24,000 nucleotides of DNA from Candidatus Caldarchaeales archaeon. Lineage in GTDB: Archaea > Thermoproteota > Nitrososphaeria_A > Caldarchaeales > Calditenuaceae. Below are positions 22,042 through 24,000 of this stretch, piece after piece (positions within the stretch are counted from its first letter, which is position 1; each line of letters opens with the position of its first letter). The notes under the pieces were generated by a model, which was not told where the DNA came from, searched no databases, and saw nothing but the letters and a program-made list of their open reading frames with translations. Location of the stretch: the NCBI GenBank assembly GCA_039630085.1, contig JBCNVM010000007.1, forward strand, positions 7,742-31,741. Direction: 5' to 3'. A program made the position numbers and the translations under genes.

Positions 22042-24000
22042 ATGGTGAAGGGCTCGATAGCAGCGATCAAGTTCGGGCTCCTCTCGCCGGAGATGATCCG
22101 GAGCATGGCCGTCGCTGAGATCTCCAACCCCGAGACCTACGACGAGGACGGTGCCCCGATCGCGACCGGCGTGATGGACCCGAGGCTAGGGACCCTCGAG
22201 CCCGGACAGAGGTGCAAGACCTGCGGGAACACCTACCTTAACTGCCCCGGGCACTTCGGGTACATCGAGCTGGCAGTCCCGGTGATCCACATAGGCTACG
22301 TCAAGGTCATCCACGAGCTCCTCAGGTCGACGTGCAGGTCCTGCGGGAGGCTCCTGCTCTCCGAAGAGCAGATCTCCAAGCTCAAGGCCGAGGTCGAGAG
22401 GCTCAGGGCCGAGAACAGGCAGTACAGGCACGTCTTCTACAGGGCGAAGCAGACCGCGATGTCGGCCAACGTCTGCCCGCACTGCGGCGAGAAGCAGGTC
22501 AAGGTCGAGCTGGAGAAGCCGATGACCTTCTACGAGGCGACAGCGCAGGGGATGGTGAGGCTGACCGCGAACGTCGTCAGGCAGAGGCTCGAGAAGATAC
22601 CAGACGGGGACCTGGAGCTCCTCGACCTGGACCCGAAGAGCGCCCGACCCGAGTGGATGGTCCTGACGGTCCTTCCGGTGCCGCCGGTCTACGTGAGGCC
22701 CTCGATCACCCTCGAGACCGGTTACAGGTCCGAGGACGACCTCACCCACAAGCTCGTCGACATCCTGAGGGTCAACCAGAGGCTGAGGGACGCGATAGCC
22801 TCGGGGGCGCCGTCCCCGGTGATAATCGAGCTGGCCGACCTGCTCCAGTACCACGTCACGACCTACATCAACAACGAGGTCCCGAACCTGGCCCCTGCGC
22901 AGCACAGGTCCGGCAGGATCCTCAAGACGCTGGCCCAGAGGCTCAAGGGGAAGGAGGGGAGGTTCAGGCTCAACCTCTCCGGGAAGAGGGTCGACTTCTC
23001 CGCGAGGACCGTCATCTCGCCGGACCCGAACATCGACATCGACGAGGTCGGAGTCCCGATAGAGGTCGCGATGCAGCTCACGGTCCCCGAGTCCGTGACG
23101 CCCTGGAACAGGGAGAAGCTCAAGCAGCTGGTCAGGAACGGCCCCTACAGTTACCCCGGGGCGAGGTACGTCGTGAGGCCCGACAAGAGGATCATCAGGC
23201 TGAAGTTCGTCCAGGACCTGAACGAGCTCGCGGAGCAGCTAGACGTCGGTTGGGTCGTCGAGAGGCACCTGATGGACGGGGACATAGTGCTCTTCAACAG
23301 GCAGCCCAGCCTCCACAGGATCTCGATCATGGCCCACAGGGTCAAGGTCCTCCCCTTCAAGACCTTCAGGCTGAACCTGATGGTCTGCACGCCCTACAAC
23401 GCCGACTTCGACGGCGACGAGATGAACCTCCACGTCCCGCAGAGCGAGGAGGCCCAAGCCGAGGCCAGACTGCTGCTGCAGGTCCAGAGGAACGTGATCT
23501 CGCCGAGGTACGGAGCACCTATCATCGGCGCCATCAGGGACTTCCTCACCTCCTCCTACCTGCTGACCGCGAAGGCTGAGCTCGACAAGCAGTTCGTCGG
23601 CTCCCTGCTCGCGGCCGCGGGCTACTCCGGACCTCTGCCCCCGCCGAAGGGGTCTGAAGGGAGGTGGAAGGGGTCCCAGGTCTTCAGCCTCCTGCTCCCG
23701 AGGGGCCTCAGCTACGAGGGTCAGGCCGCCTTCAGCCCGGACGACAGGGTTGTCGTTAGGAACGGTGAGCTGGTCGAGGGTTACGCCGACAAGGCGCTGA
23801 TCGGCGTGGAGCGGCCCAACAGCCTCCTCCACAGGATCGCGAGGGACTACGGGCCCGACGAGGTCGCGAGGTTCCTCAACTCCCTGATCAGGCTCGCGAA
23901 CACCTACATCAACCTCAGGGGCTTCACGCTGGGCATCGAGGACCTCACGGTCCCGCCGAGGCTCTACGAGGAGAAGGCCAGGGTGATCGAGCTGATGGAG
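22042..24000 (+). CDS. rpoA1: DNA-directed RNA polymerase subunit A' (N-terminal 653 codons; continues beyond window)
   Basis: I translated frame 1 by hand from ATG 22042 to 24000 and found no stop codon. The sequence has MVKGSIAAIKFGLLSPEMIRSMAV, CKTCGN..CPGHFGYIEL, RPEWMVLTVLPVPP, FNRQPSLHRISIMAH and the catalytic NADFDGDEMNLHVPQ. It is absent from the ORF track because no stop lies in the window. Confidence 0.97.
   Translation, partial: MVKGSIAAIKFGLLSPEMIRSMAVAEISNPETYDEDGAPIATGVMDPRLGTLEPGQRCKTCGNTYLNCPGHFGYIELAVPVIHIGYVKVIHELLRSTCRSCGRLLLSEEQISKLKAEVERLRAENRQYRHVFYRAKQTAMSANVCPHCGEKQVKVELEKPMTFYEATAQGMVRLTANVVRQRLEKIPDGDLELLDLDPKSARPEWMVLTVLPVPPVYVRPSITLETGYRSEDDLTHKLVDILRVNQRLRDAIASGAPSPVIIELADLLQYHVTTYINNEVPNLAPAQHRSGRILKTLAQRLKGKEGRFRLNLSGKRVDFSARTVISPDPNIDIDEVGVPIEVAMQLTVPESVTPWNREKLKQLVRNGPYSYPGARYVVRPDKRIIRLKFVQDLNELAEQLDVGWVVERHLMDGDIVLFNRQPSLHRISIMAHRVKVLPFKTFRLNLMVCTPYNADFDGDEMNLHVPQSEEAQAEARLLLQVQRNVISPRYGAPIIGAIRDFLTSSYLLTAKAELDKQFVGSLLAAAGYSGPLPPPKGSEGRWKGSQVFSLLLPRGLSYEGQAAFSPDDRVVVRNGELVEGYADKALIGVERPNSLLHRIARDYGPDEVARFLNSLIRLANTYINLRGFTLGIEDLTVPPRLYEEKARVIELME

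Overview
Archaeal chromosomal window, roughly 60-65% GC by hand counts outside one island. The organisation suggests a thermophilic crenarchaeote (Thermoprotei-like): an unsplit rpoB in an rpoH-rpoB-rpoA1 operon, an archaeal-type TIM, an Ard1-type N-acetyltransferase, TATA-like boxes about 25-30 nt upstream of start codons, many GTG/TTG starts, and AGG/ATA-rich codon usage. The taxon cannot be fixed without a database search. All homology calls come from motifs I recognise by eye, not from searches. Layout: (i) 1-4730 is a BMP/nucleoside-type ABC importer, with a 5'-truncated tandem ATPase and two permeases on + and the binding protein convergent on -. (ii) 4774-7098 is an orphan CoxL/xanthine-dehydrogenase-family molybdopterin subunit. 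(iii) 7306-11898 is a tight cluster of poorly characterised genes: DUF2877 (YlbF/AllH-like), FdrA (AllF-like), an unlisted 51-aa ORF matching the FdrA C-terminal tail, a cyclase/formamidase-family hydrolase, and DUF1116 (YlbE/AllG-like). This cluster, together with (i) and (ii), is my best candidate for an undescribed system, possibly nucleoside/N-heterocycle or ureide catabolism in an archaeon. (iv) 12011-15391 is a low-GC island. Its left edge is an inverted 20/20-nt copy of the 3' end of tRNA-Ala. It contains a HAD-hydrolase gene broken by three single-base deletions, about 1.16 kb of ORF-poor AT-rich DNA, an intact tRNA-Ala(GGC), and a free-standing HTH plus double-LAGLIDADG endonuclease-like gene. 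(v) 15577-24000 is housekeeping: tpiA, a secreted protein, a sugar-phosphate nucleotidyltransferase, the N-acetyltransferase, rpoH, rpoB, and the 5' 653 codons of rpoA1. The rpoA1 ORF is absent from the supplied track because it runs off the window. Most long ORFs in the track that lie antisense or out of frame to these genes are high-GC shadow ORFs.
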